Source: Robiginitomaculum sp. (GTDB lineage Bacteria; Pseudomonadota; Alphaproteobacteria; Caulobacterales; Maricaulaceae). Taken from it: a DNA stretch of 49,597 nt. The position numbers and the translations under genes are program-made. The stretch spans positions 26,836 to 76,432 of the forward strand of contig NVVU01000004.1 in the NCBI GenBank assembly GCA_002733485.1, read 5' to 3'. The notes under the pieces were generated by a model. The model did no database searches. It had not been told where the DNA came from and was given only the letters and a program-made list of their open reading frames with translations. Shown one piece after another: positions 18,173 to 27,530 of the stretch; position 1 is the stretch's first letter; every line of letters starts with the position of its first letter.

Positions 18173-18871
18173 ATGTTTGGATTTGGCGTAAAAGAAGAAG
18201 ATTATAAAGCTGAAGAAAAACACATAAGGGAACAGTTACTAGGAGAAACTCTGCATAAGCCAGAACACAAAGATTTTGATCTTAGTTTTTTTGAGGGACT
18301 GAAAAATTGGTTCGGCTATAAAGACACAAAGTGGGCGTACAAATATTTTGATAAATATCAAGATATTCTGAATGCACGACTAGCCCCATTACAAGACCTG
18401 AACATTGGTAACTGGGTAATAGAACGCCGAAGTGAGACTGAAGTTGACCGATACCTAGGATATGATGAACCACTCCCAGGCCTTACCTACAATGTGTATT
18501 ATAATACCCTAAAAACGGGAGTTATCGTCCTCCGTCCAAACCCCTTCCCTGTCTGGACCCATTTTGACGATGACCTTACCAAAGGTGAGGCCTTAGCCAA
18601 AAAGTATTTCAGCGTTTTAGTTCACATTGAAATTGAAAATGCCCCGCTGTTTGATAAGGAGCAACTTGGTTGGCTTATAGGGCTGGCTTCTGGCCTAGTT
18701 GATCAACTTCCTATCTCAACATCTACTGGGAACCACGCGTTCAGATTTGAGAAAGCGGCCTCAGATGCACTTTGGGAAAGCCATCGTTTGGGCCATAATC
18801 TTGTTCCGTTAATTTATGATTTTTACGGCGCAGTTTTGAAAAAAGAAGTAGAGGATTATCTTAACGATTAA
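18173..18871 (+). CDS. hypothetical protein, no recognisable family
   Basis: 232-aa ORF with a strong SD (GGAGGTG 7 nt before the ATG). It has no long shadow ORFs, and composition is clearly more AT-rich than the flanks (for example 19 G+C in 18181-18240). The protein is acidic and Tyr/Lys/Asp-rich, with no TM segment. Confidence 0.7.
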   Translation: MFGFGVKEEDYKAEEKHIREQLLGETLHKPEHKDFDLSFFEGLKNWFGYKDTKWAYKYFDKYQDILNARLAPLQDLNIGNWVIERRSETEVDRYLGYDEPLPGLTYNVYYNTLKTGVIVLRPNPFPVWTHFDDDLTKGEALAKKYFSVLVHIEIENAPLFDKEQLGWLIGLASGLVDQLPISTSTGNHAFRFEKAASDALWESHRLGHNLVPLIYDFYGAVLKKEVEDYLND

Positions 18872-18916
18872 CAAACAGTGGGACAGCTTAAGCGTAGTGA
18901 CACACGCCAACGTCCG

Positions 18917-20143
18917 CTAAACCACGACCAGCATGGAGGCCAACGCCGCGCTCATCAGATTGGACAAAGACCCGGCGGCAATCGCTTTCAGCCCCATGCG
19001 CGAAATGTCGGCGCGGCGCTCGGGCGCAAGCCCCCCAAGACCACCCAGTAAAATGCCAAGGGACGAGAGATTGGCAAAACCGCAAAGCGCAAAAGTGACG
19101 ACCATCACCGTATGGGGGCTAAGGTTTTCCTGCACCTGTTGCAGGCTGGCATAGGCGACAAATTCGTTCAGCACCAATTTCTGGCCGATCAGATCGCCCG
19201 CCGCCATGGCTTCTTCCCAGGGGATGCCCAGCAAGAACATCAGCGGAGAAAACATCCACCCTAAAATGGCATTCATGGTGATGCCTTCAAAGCCAAAAAT
19301 CCCGGCAACGCCGCTAACCAGACCGTTCAGCAAGGCAATCAGCGCCACAAAGGCAATCAGCATGGCCCCGATATTAGCCGCAAGGCGCAAGCCTTCGGCC
19401 GCCCCAAGCGCCGCCGCATCAATGACATTGGAAGGCCGCGCGGTCTCGTCGTCCTTATCATCCACCAGCTCCACATGCTCTTCGGGCAGTGGTCCCACAT
19501 CAGGGCGGATGATCTTGGCCATGAGCAGCCCCCCCGGCGCAGCCATAAAACTGGCGGCGATGAGGTATTCAATATTCACACCCAAAAGGGCATAGCCGGC
19601 CAATATAGCCCCCGAGACAGAGGCCAGACCCGACACCATAACGGTGAACAGCTGATTATCGGTCAGGCGGGAAATATAAGGGCGAATGACCAGCGGGGCC
19701 TCTGTCTGACCCAAAAAGATATTGGCCGAAGCACACAGGCTTTCTATCCGTGAGGTGCCAATGACAAAGCGCAAGGCCCCGCCAAAGATTTTCACTATCC
19801 ATTGCATAATATGCAAATGGTATAAAACTGCCGTCAGGGATCCGATAAAGATAATTACCGGCAAAACCTGAACCGCAAACACAAAGCCAAGACTGGGTTC
19901 TGTGGCCAGACCACCAAAAACAAAGTTGATCCCCACCTTGGAGAAATCAATCACCACCTGAGCGCCATTGGATATGGAGGTCAGCACCCCTTTGCCAAAG
20001 GGAATATAAAGCACAAAGACCGCGATACTGGCCTGCAGGGCAAAGGCGGAACCGACAACACGAAAGTTAATTTTCTTGCGATTATCCGACAACAGAACTG
20101 CCAGTGCCAAAAGCACAATTATACCGATGATGGTGATCAGCAT
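18917..20143 (-). CDS. nupC: NupC/NupG-family concentrative nucleoside transporter
   Basis: 408-aa polytopic membrane protein. The N-terminus IIGIIVLLALAVLLSDNRKKINFR and overall sequence are typical of CNT/NupC transporters. Confidence 0.88.
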   Translation of the reverse strand: MLITIIGIIVLLALAVLLSDNRKKINFRVVGSAFALQASIAVFVLYIPFGKGVLTSISNGAQVVIDFSKVGINFVFGGLATEPSLGFVFAVQVLPVIIFIGSLTAVLYHLHIMQWIVKIFGGALRFVIGTSRIESLCASANIFLGQTEAPLVIRPYISRLTDNQLFTVMVSGLASVSGAILAGYALLGVNIEYLIAASFMAAPGGLLMAKIIRPDVGPLPEEHVELVDDKDDETARPSNVIDAAALGAAEGLRLAANIGAMLIAFVALIALLNGLVSGVAGIFGFEGITMNAILGWMFSPLMFLLGIPWEEAMAAGDLIGQKLVLNEFVAYASLQQVQENLSPHTVMVVTFALCGFANLSSLGILLGGLGGLAPERRADISRMGLKAIAAGSLSNLMSAALASMLVVV

Positions 20144-20214
20144 GCCCCACCCCTCCCCTGATTAATTTTGCGCATTGAGGCATAGGCCAAAGCCGGGCGC
20201 AAGCACCTTGTGTT

Positions 20215-21588
20215 TTAAAAATCACCGCCAAGGGCCAGATACACATCCAGACGGGCATCAAGGCGGGCGCGTTGATTGGCCAGACGTGCCCGACTGGCAG
20301 AAAAGGCGCGCTGGCGGAGGGTCAACACATCCAGAAGATCGCTTTGCCCGGCCTGGTAACGCAATTGCGCCAGCCGCAGGGTTTCGTTGGCGGCGTCTTC
20401 GGCTTGTACAAGATAGCCTCCGCGCTCTTGCAGGGTGCGCCAGCGATCAAGACCGCCCTCGACCTCGGCATAAGCGTTCAGGACGCTATTGCCATAACGG
20501 GCCAGGCTTTGGCGCTGGCTGGCTTTGGCCGCTGCAATCCGGTTTTTGCGTAAATTCCCATCAAAAAGCGGTGCCGCAAGACGCGCCCCGAGATTCAGTG
20601 CCAAATTCGGGCCTTCAAAAAGCGTGTTCAAATTTTGCCCGGCGGCGGCCAGATCCGCAGACAGGTTCAAAGCGGGCCAACGATCCGCCTTGGCACGTGC
20701 GGTCAGCGCAAAGGCAGAGCGCACATCAGCCTTGGCGGCCAGTATGTCCGGGCGACGTTCCAGAAGCGCCACCGGCGTACCCGCCGGTATGGGACGCGCA
20801 TGGTCTGGCAGATTTGTCTTCAGTGCCGTTTTAGCATTGGGGTAGCGCCACAACAGCACCTCCAGCGCCCGCAGGGCATTACGGTGCGCATTTTTGGCGG
20901 CGCTAAAATTATCGCGAGCACTGGCCACATCTGATAGTGCCAGCACCAGATCCTGACGGGCAGAAAAGCCCACCCGTTTGCGTGCCTTCACAATCCCCAG
21001 CGTGTCTTCCTGTGCCTTCAGTGTTGAGGCACTCAGCTCGCTTTGCAATTGGGCTTCAATGGCCAGAAAATACGCCCGCGCGGTTTGTGCCGCCAGTGAC
21101 AAACGTGCTGATTTGAGGCGGGCATCGGCGGCTTGATAATCAGCAGCGGACGCGGCTTTGCCAGCGGATAATTTACCCCAAATATCGGCTTCCCAACTGG
21201 CCCCAAGGCCGGTGCGCAAAGCCGTGCGCGAGGACGAACCCCCACCTAGCGCGCCGCTTTCATTGGCCGAAGCACTTACATTCAGGCTCGGCAAAAGTGC
21301 CGCGCGGGATTGCCCCAATAGCGCCTTGGCACGCGCCACATTTTGCGCCGCGATTTCAATATCCCGATTGGCGTTCAGGGCTTCGGTTACCAAAGTGGTG
21401 AGTGCCGGATCAGCAAAATCATCCAGCCAGTGGCCACCGATCTCACCAGCAATGGTGTCTTGTGTCCAGGCCATGGGCGGCGGTATTTGCGCGGCGGTTT
21501 GCGCGTCTATTTTAGCCTGCGGCGGCGCATAGGTACAGCCCATCAGAAAGAGTGGCACGGCGGATATGGGGAAAAGAAGTTTATTCAT
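20215..21588 (-). CDS. efflux outer-membrane factor lipoprotein (NodT/TolC family)
   Basis: Lipobox LFLMGC, then two repeated alpha-helical/beta-barrel halves typical of OMF proteins. The start ATG (21586-21588) overlaps the stop of the upstream permease gene. Confidence 0.85.
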   Translation of the reverse strand: MNKLLFPISAVPLFLMGCTYAPPQAKIDAQTAAQIPPPMAWTQDTIAGEIGGHWLDDFADPALTTLVTEALNANRDIEIAAQNVARAKALLGQSRAALLPSLNVSASANESGALGGGSSSRTALRTGLGASWEADIWGKLSAGKAASAADYQAADARLKSARLSLAAQTARAYFLAIEAQLQSELSASTLKAQEDTLGIVKARKRVGFSARQDLVLALSDVASARDNFSAAKNAHRNALRALEVLLWRYPNAKTALKTNLPDHARPIPAGTPVALLERRPDILAAKADVRSAFALTARAKADRWPALNLSADLAAAGQNLNTLFEGPNLALNLGARLAAPLFDGNLRKNRIAAAKASQRQSLARYGNSVLNAYAEVEGGLDRWRTLQERGGYLVQAEDAANETLRLAQLRYQAGQSDLLDVLTLRQRAFSASRARLANQRARLDARLDVYLALGGDF

Positions 21589-22810
21589 AACGAAGCGCAT
21601 CAATAGGGTTCAGGCGGGCCGCACGGCGCGCTGGGAAATAACCAAAGAAGAGACCCACAGCCACCGCAGCACCAAGGGAAATGAGGGTAATTTGCGGACT
21701 GATCGACATCTCCCACCCGCCGGTTTTCGCGGCAATCCATGAGCCGGCAAAGCCCAAAACCACACCGATCAGGCCCCCCGTGCCACACAAGACAATCGCC
21801 TCGGCCAGAAACTGGACCATGATGTCGCTGCCGCGTGCGCCAAGAGCCATACGCAGACCAATTTCACGGGTACGCTCGGTCACCGAGACCAGCATGATAT
21901 TCATCACCCCGACGCCGCCAACAAACAGCGCCACCGCCGCCATAAAGGCCAATAAAACGCCCATGGTGGCCTGGGTGGCGGAACGGGCGCGGACAAAATC
22001 GGCAATGTTAAAGACCATAAAGTCATCATCGGCCCCGGCTTTGATGCGCCGCCGCTCGCGCATGTACTCGCCCAGTTTATTTTGCGCCTCTTTTAAGTCA
22101 TAACCATCAGCCACCATCACCTCGATGCGGGACACATTTTTCGGTGTAGTGCGGTGGGCACCAATTATCCGGTTGCGCGCCGTGCCAAGAGGTATGAAAA
22201 TCACATCATCGCGATCAGAGCCAAAACTGCTTTGGCCTTTTTCTGATAAGACACCAATCACAGAAACCGGGACATTATTGACGCGAATACGCTGGCCCAA
22301 CGGGTCCGTGCCATCAAAAAGATTATCCACTATGGACTTGCCGATCACCGCCACTGCTGCGCCGGTCCGTACTTCGCGATCGGTAAAGACGCGCCCCTCT
22401 GTTGGCGTCCAGTCATGAATTTCAAAATAGGCCGCGTCCGTGCCAGTCAGGGACGTCGACCAATTGGTCTGCCCGGAAACTGCGGTGACGGACTTGCTTA
22501 ACTGGCCGCTAACCGCCTGCGCATAGGGCAAGCTGGCCAAGACTGCAATATCGGATTCGGTAAACGGTTTTGCCGCCCCCGCGCCAAGGGAACGACCACC
22601 CCGGCGCATCGAGCCCGGACGCAGGGTCAGGGTGCTGGCGCCCAGCGCCGAGATTTGCTCATCAATGCGCGCCTTGGCCCCCTCGCCCATGGCCATCATG
22701 GTCATTACCGAGGCCACGCCGATAATAATGCCCAGCATGGTCAGAAAGCTACGCAACAGATTGGCAAACAAAGCCTCTATGGCCGAAGCAAGGGCGACAG
22801 AGAATTTCAT
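21581..22810 (-). CDS. MacB-type ABC efflux permease (FtsX fold with large periplasmic domain)
   Basis: 409 aa. TM1, then a ~230-aa periplasmic domain, then three C-terminal TM helices ending in the PARRAARLNPIDALRYE motif. Confidence 0.88.
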   Translation of the reverse strand: MKFSVALASAIEALFANLLRSFLTMLGIIIGVASVMTMMAMGEGAKARIDEQISALGASTLTLRPGSMRRGGRSLGAGAAKPFTESDIAVLASLPYAQAVSGQLSKSVTAVSGQTNWSTSLTGTDAAYFEIHDWTPTEGRVFTDREVRTGAAVAVIGKSIVDNLFDGTDPLGQRIRVNNVPVSVIGVLSEKGQSSFGSDRDDVIFIPLGTARNRIIGAHRTTPKNVSRIEVMVADGYDLKEAQNKLGEYMRERRRIKAGADDDFMVFNIADFVRARSATQATMGVLLAFMAAVALFVGGVGVMNIMLVSVTERTREIGLRMALGARGSDIMVQFLAEAIVLCGTGGLIGVVLGFAGSWIAAKTGGWEMSISPQITLISLGAAVAVGLFFGYFPARRAARLNPIDALRYE

Positions 22811-23502
22811 GCGGCGCGCCTCTCATCACTTTCGATCAACCCGTCGCGAAAATGAATTCGACGCCGGGCAAACTCAGCCACTTCAGGCTCGTGGGTGACC
22901 AGAATAATGGTTATGCCGGTGGCGTTTAATTTAACCAGAAGCTCCATAATATCGGTAGAGGTTTTGGTGTCCAGTGCCCCGGTCGGCTCGTCCGCCAGAA
23001 TAATACGGGGGCGCCCAGCCAGCGCCCGGGCAATGGCCACACGCTGTTGCTGACCGCCCGAAAGCTGGGCCGGACGGTGATCCATACGATCCCCCAGCCC
23101 CACCAGTTCCAGACACTCACGGGCGCGGGCATCGGCATCAATTTGTTCGTGGCGCGCATAACGCAGCGGCAGTTTGACGTTTTGCAACGCATTGGCGCGC
23201 GGCAGCAGATTAAATTGCTGAAACACAAAGCCCAAAGTGCGGTTACGCAAATCAGCCAGATCATCGGGGCGCATAGTGGAAAGAGAATGCCCCTCGATCA
23301 GCATTTCACCGCTTGTCGGCTGGTCCAGCGCGCCGATCAAATTCATCAAGGTGGACTTTCCCGACCCGGAAGGCCCCATAATGGCGGTAAAGTCACCAGG
23401 CGCAATTTCAAGATCAATCCCGCGCAAAGCATGCACCTTTTGATCGCCCATGGCATACACCTTGGTCACGTTTCTGGCCTCAATGATTGGTGCCTGCCCC
23501 AT
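22807..23502 (-). CDS. MacB/LolD-type ABC ATP-binding protein
   Basis: Walker A GPSGSGKST, signature LSGGQQQRVAIARAL, Walker B ILADEPTGALD. ATGA overlap with the permease gene. Confidence 0.92.
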   Translation of the reverse strand: MGQAPIIEARNVTKVYAMGDQKVHALRGIDLEIAPGDFTAIMGPSGSGKSTLMNLIGALDQPTSGEMLIEGHSLSTMRPDDLADLRNRTLGFVFQQFNLLPRANALQNVKLPLRYARHEQIDADARARECLELVGLGDRMDHRPAQLSGGQQQRVAIARALAGRPRIILADEPTGALDTKTSTDIMELLVKLNATGITIILVTHEPEVAEFARRRIHFRDGLIESDERRAA

Positions 23503-23504
23503 GC

Positions 23505-25007
23505 TCAGCTTTTGCCGTCACTTTTGATCCGCAGCCGGGTGATAAAGGCATCGCCTTCCTTTACCCCGCGCAGAATTTCTACATTTTCGCCATCATCCAG
23601 CCCCAGTACCACCATGCGCGGCACCAGCGCCCCGTCTTCATTTTGCTGCCAGACCTGTACGCGTTTTACGTTGGCGCGTCTTTTTTGTTGCTGAACATAG
23701 GCGTCGTATTGTTCGCCGCTGAGATGGCGTTTTAGCACCCGCTCGATAATTGCACGGCGGCGCTGGCGCATACCATTACGATTAAACTGGGCCGCCGGGC
23801 TTTGTGCCAGCTTGGCAAAAGCCTGCATTTCTTTGCGCATATCCGTGCCAATGGCCTTTTGCGCCTCGGCGCTCACCCCGAGATCGGCAAACTGGCGAGC
23901 AAAGTCGCCGCCGCGCCGATTACCGCCGCCATTGGCGTTTCCACCGGCCCTGGCTTCGGCCACGGGCGGGCCGTTTTTGGGCGGAGAAAAGCGCAAAGCA
24001 CCCGAGGCAATACGCAAAACTTTTTCGCGTTTATCAGCGGTGATTTCCACATTGGCGGTCATGCCGGGAAGCAGTTTCATTTGCGAGTTTTGAGCCGCAA
24101 TCACCACCGTATAGGTGACCACATTTTGTAGCTCGGTCGCCACCAGACGCACCTGTTCCACTTCGCCGCTAAACTGGTCATCAGGGTAGGCATCAACGGT
24201 AAAGACCACCTTATCGCCTTCGGTAATGCCGCCAATATCGGCCTCGACCACCGCCGCGTCTATGCGAATATCGCCAAGGTCCTGTGCAATGCGAAAAAGA
24301 ACCGGCGCCGAAAAAGAGGCCGCCACGGTCTGGCCCACATCAATGGAGCGCTCGATCACCACCCCGTCAATGGGGGAGCGAATATAGGTGCGTTCAAAAT
24401 CCACATTGGCGGTTTCAAGGGCCGCTTCACGCTGGGTTTTTGAGGCCAGCGCACTTTGATGCTGGGCTTTGGCCAGCGCAACATCCGCTTTGGCCACCGC
24501 CAACGCGCGCTCGGTACTATCAAAAAGCGCCTGGGATATGGCATCTTCTTTCAGCAATTGTTCTTGCCGCTGATAGTCCTTTTTTGCCTGTTCCAGCGTC
24601 GCCATGGCGCGGGCAATACCCGCCACTTGCACGGCGACATTGGCGCTGGCGCTTAGCAGGTCTGCCTTGGCCTGTTGCACCCGTGTTTCGAAGGTTTGCG
24701 GGTCAATGCGCGCCACCAATTGCCCGGCTTTAACTTGCGAATTAAAATCGGCATAAAGCTCGACCACCTGCCCGGAAAGTTGTGAGCCGACCTCAACAGT
24801 GGTTAATGCCCGCACGGCCCCCGATGCGGCGACAATGCGCGCCACATCACCCCGGCCTACGCTGGCGGTTTCAATATCATAACGGCCACCCGCATTATCG
24901 GTTTTACCGCGCAGGCCCCACCATGCCAGAAGGGCAAGCGCCACCACACCTGCAAGCACCAATAATGGCGTGCGTTTCATCATCTTCATTCCTGTCAAAG
25001 CTCTCAA
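23505..25007 (-). CDS. HlyD/MacA-family periplasmic adaptor, unusually long (500 aa)
   Basis: N-terminal anchor LLVLAGVVALALLAWW, a coiled-coil hairpin and lipoyl/beta-barrel motifs. A Gly/Arg-rich and helical insertion sits before the last beta strands. The exact start among M1/M8/M10 is unresolved. Confidence 0.85.
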   Translation of the reverse strand: MRALTGMKMMKRTPLLVLAGVVALALLAWWGLRGKTDNAGGRYDIETASVGRGDVARIVAASGAVRALTTVEVGSQLSGQVVELYADFNSQVKAGQLVARIDPQTFETRVQQAKADLLSASANVAVQVAGIARAMATLEQAKKDYQRQEQLLKEDAISQALFDSTERALAVAKADVALAKAQHQSALASKTQREAALETANVDFERTYIRSPIDGVVIERSIDVGQTVAASFSAPVLFRIAQDLGDIRIDAAVVEADIGGITEGDKVVFTVDAYPDDQFSGEVEQVRLVATELQNVVTYTVVIAAQNSQMKLLPGMTANVEITADKREKVLRIASGALRFSPPKNGPPVAEARAGGNANGGGNRRGGDFARQFADLGVSAEAQKAIGTDMRKEMQAFAKLAQSPAAQFNRNGMRQRRRAIIERVLKRHLSGEQYDAYVQQQKRRANVKRVQVWQQNEDGALVPRMVVLGLDDGENVEILRGVKEGDAFITRLRIKSDGKS

Positions 25008-25164
25008 TCCTTCACCAACGCCGCACTGTTGGCATTTCCGTCGCTTGATACAAGGTGAATGCTGTTTATGACAGAAGTTTCATAAAATCGTCCATTGCGA
25101 ACCCTACTGCATTTGCCCTGCTAGCTCGGTTTTCTTGTGCCATTGTCCTGATATACTCGTATCC

Positions 25165-25257
25165 GGAGGCTGGCAGTGGACGAGTGTCTCGCCAACCCGG
25201 TCAGATCCGGAAGGAAGCAGCCGTAACGAGTTTTTCTTGGGTCGTTGTTCAGTCTCC
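25165..25257 (+). ncRNA. ffs: signal recognition particle RNA (small bacterial SRP / 4.5S type)
   Basis: GGTCAGATCCGGAAGGAAGCAGCC (25199-25222) reproduces the domain IV core of E. coli 4.5S RNA (GGUCAGGUCCGGAAGGAAGCAGCC). The 5' GGAGGCTGG pairs with the 3' TCAGTCTCC. Its position directly upstream of dnaX is the usual synteny. A TATACT sits 7 nt upstream. Confidence 0.85.
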
Positions 25258-25330
25258 ACTTATCCCCTTCTTTCCTGCATTTGTTTTTCAAACGCTGGCC
25301 TGTGCCCAAAGGGCGCGCTAAAGTGCGCCC

Positions 25331-27115
25331 ATGAGCGCAAACGATTCTTCTTCATCCCCAGAGACACCCGAAGCTGGCCTTGGCCTCGACCTGCCCGAAA
25401 CAGCATCAGGCGACAAAGGCTATCAGGTACTGGCGCGTAAATACCGTCCGCAATGTTTTGAAGACCTGATCGGTCAGGATCCCATGGTGCGCACGCTCAG
25501 TAATGCGTTTGCCACCAATCGGGTGGCCCATGCCTTTATGCTGACCGGCGTGCGCGGGGTGGGCAAAACCACAACGGCGCGCCTTCTGGCCCGAGCCTTG
25601 AATTATGAGCGCGACGGCGTGGATGGGCCGAGCGTATCGCTGAACCCGCCCGGCGTGCACTGCGCCGCCATTGCCGCCTCGCGCCATGTTGATGTGATGG
25701 AAATGGATGCGGCCTCGCATACCGGCATTGCCGATATTCGTGAAATTTTGGACAGTGTGCGCTACGCCCCGGTTTCGGCGCGCTATAAAGTCTATATCAT
25801 TGACGAAGTGCACATGCTCTCCACCTCGGCGTTTAATGCGCTCTTAAAAACGCTGGAAGAGCCGCCTCCCCACGCCAAGTTTATTTTTGCCACCACGGAA
25901 ATTCGCAAAGTGCCAGTGACCGTGCTTTCGCGCTGCCAGCGTTTTGATCTGGCGCGCATTGGCCGTGAGCAATTGATCGCGCATTTGCAAAACATTTGCG
26001 AAAAAGAAGGTGCAGAGGTCGCTCCGGACGGTCTGGCGCTGATTTCCCGCGCCGCCGAAGGTTCGGTCCGCGATGCGCTCTCCATTCTGGATCAGGCGCT
26101 GGTACAAGAAGAAGGCAAGAAACAGGTTTCCGGCGAGGACATTCGCACCATGTTGGGGCTGGCCGATCGCATCCGGGTTCTGGACCTTTTTGCCATGGCG
26201 GCGCGCGGCGACGCGGTGGCCTGTTGCACCGAATTGCACAGCCAGTTCGAGGCCGGGGCCGACCCGCTGATTGTGCTGCGCGACCTGCTGGATCATTGTC
26301 ACCAATGCACCCGCGCCAGCATTATGGGCGAGGCGGCAACGCTTGAAGATTATGGCGATAGCGCCGAACTGGTCCGGGCGCTGGGGGCTGAGTTCAGCCT
26401 TGGGCAATTGGCTCGGCTCTGGCAAATGTTGCTCAAAGCCTTGGACGAGGCCCGCCTTGCGCCAGACCCTTTAAGTGCCACAGAAATGGCGCTGATCCGC
26501 ATTTGCACCGCCGCCGGCCTACCCGGCCCGGAAGAGGCGGCGCGCCTGCTGCAAGACGGGGGCAGCAAAAACGCGGTTGCGCCAACGGACACACCATCAC
26601 CTTCTGCTGCGCAAGACCCGGCCCCGCGTGCCATCCATAGCAGCGGTGGCAATGGCGGCGGCACCAGCGCCGCCCACGCCGTTCAGCCACAAATCGAAGA
26701 CGCCCCTGCGCCCAACGCCGCCCCGCAAATGCATCTGCATAACCTGGAAGATGTGGTGGCGCTGCTGAATGAAAAGCGTGAAATGCAGCTCTGCGCCATG
26801 GTGCGCCGCTGTGTGCATCTGGTCAGTTTTCGCCCCGGTGCCATTGTGTTTGAACCGGGCAAGGATGCCCCGGCGGATATGGCGCCGCAATTGACAAAGT
26901 TTTTGCGCGATCAAACCGGCGAGACCTGGTTAATCAGCCTTGATGGCAAGGCCAAGGGCGCACCAACACTGGCCCAGCAGAAAAAAGAAAAAGACGCGAA
27001 CATCCGCCTTGAAATTGAACAATCACCCCAGATGCAGGACATTATGAGCGCCTTCCCGGGCGCCAAAATTGTCAGCATTAAAACCCCAAAAACCCGAGGC
27101 AAAGACACATCATGA
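25331..27115 (+). CDS. dnaX: DNA polymerase III subunit gamma/tau
   Basis: Walker A GVRGVGKTTTARLLA, KVYIIDEVHMLS, SRCQRFDL sensor motifs. Pro/Ala-rich linker and a tau C-terminal domain. Confidence 0.93.
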   Translation: MSANDSSSSPETPEAGLGLDLPETASGDKGYQVLARKYRPQCFEDLIGQDPMVRTLSNAFATNRVAHAFMLTGVRGVGKTTTARLLARALNYERDGVDGPSVSLNPPGVHCAAIAASRHVDVMEMDAASHTGIADIREILDSVRYAPVSARYKVYIIDEVHMLSTSAFNALLKTLEEPPPHAKFIFATTEIRKVPVTVLSRCQRFDLARIGREQLIAHLQNICEKEGAEVAPDGLALISRAAEGSVRDALSILDQALVQEEGKKQVSGEDIRTMLGLADRIRVLDLFAMAARGDAVACCTELHSQFEAGADPLIVLRDLLDHCHQCTRASIMGEAATLEDYGDSAELVRALGAEFSLGQLARLWQMLLKALDEARLAPDPLSATEMALIRICTAAGLPGPEEAARLLQDGGSKNAVAPTDTPSPSAAQDPAPRAIHSSGGNGGGTSAAHAVQPQIEDAPAPNAAPQMHLHNLEDVVALLNEKREMQLCAMVRRCVHLVSFRPGAIVFEPGKDAPADMAPQLTKFLRDQTGETWLISLDGKAKGAPTLAQQKKEKDANIRLEIEQSPQMQDIMSAFPGAKIVSIKTPKTRGKDTS

Positions 27116-27447
27116 CCGATATTGCAGGCCTGATGAAACAGGCGCAGGAAATGCAGACCAAACTGGCCGATGCCCAAAAAGAACTGGCCAATCGTGACGT
27201 GCAAGGCCGCGCCGGTGGCGGCATGGTCTCGGTCACATTAAACGGCAAGGGCGAAGCCCGCACGGTGCACATCGACCCCACCCTGATGAGCGATGGGGGC
27301 AAGGCCGCAGAGGTTCTCGAAGACCTGATTGTCGCTGCCATCAATGATGCCCGGCGCAAGGTAGACGAGGTGGCCCGCGAAGAAATGGCCAAAGTTGCCG
27401 GCCCGCTGGCGGGTATGATGCCCAGCGGCTTCACCCCTATGGGCTGA
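27112..27447 (+). CDS. ybaB: YbaB/EbfC-family nucleoid-associated protein
   Basis: 111 aa with MKQAQEMQTKLADAQKEL...VSVTLNGKGE, typical of YbaB. ATGA overlap with dnaX. Confidence 0.9.
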   Translation: MTDIAGLMKQAQEMQTKLADAQKELANRDVQGRAGGGMVSVTLNGKGEARTVHIDPTLMSDGGKAAEVLEDLIVAAINDARRKVDEVAREEMAKVAGPLAGMMPSGFTPMG

Positions 27448-27530
27448 ACTAAAGACGCCCTTCCTCTTGCCGCACAGCCGCCACCGTCTTACACAGTCGC
27501 AAACTGATTAATGACGTGATGGAGGCCCCA

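Noticed and set aside
25129-25157. Sigma70-type promoter for ffs (TATACT at 25152-25157)
   Set aside because: The -10-like hexamer is well placed, but I could not find a -35 element at 16-18-bp spacing (TTGTGC is only 11 bp away). It is mentioned as evidence only and not called as a feature.
26981-26987. AAAAAAG run in dnaX as a possible gamma-subunit frameshift site
   Set aside because: The codon phase is AAA AAA GAA, not the A AAA AAG phase used in E. coli. The site lies at codon ~551 of 594, too far 3' to yield a gamma-like product.
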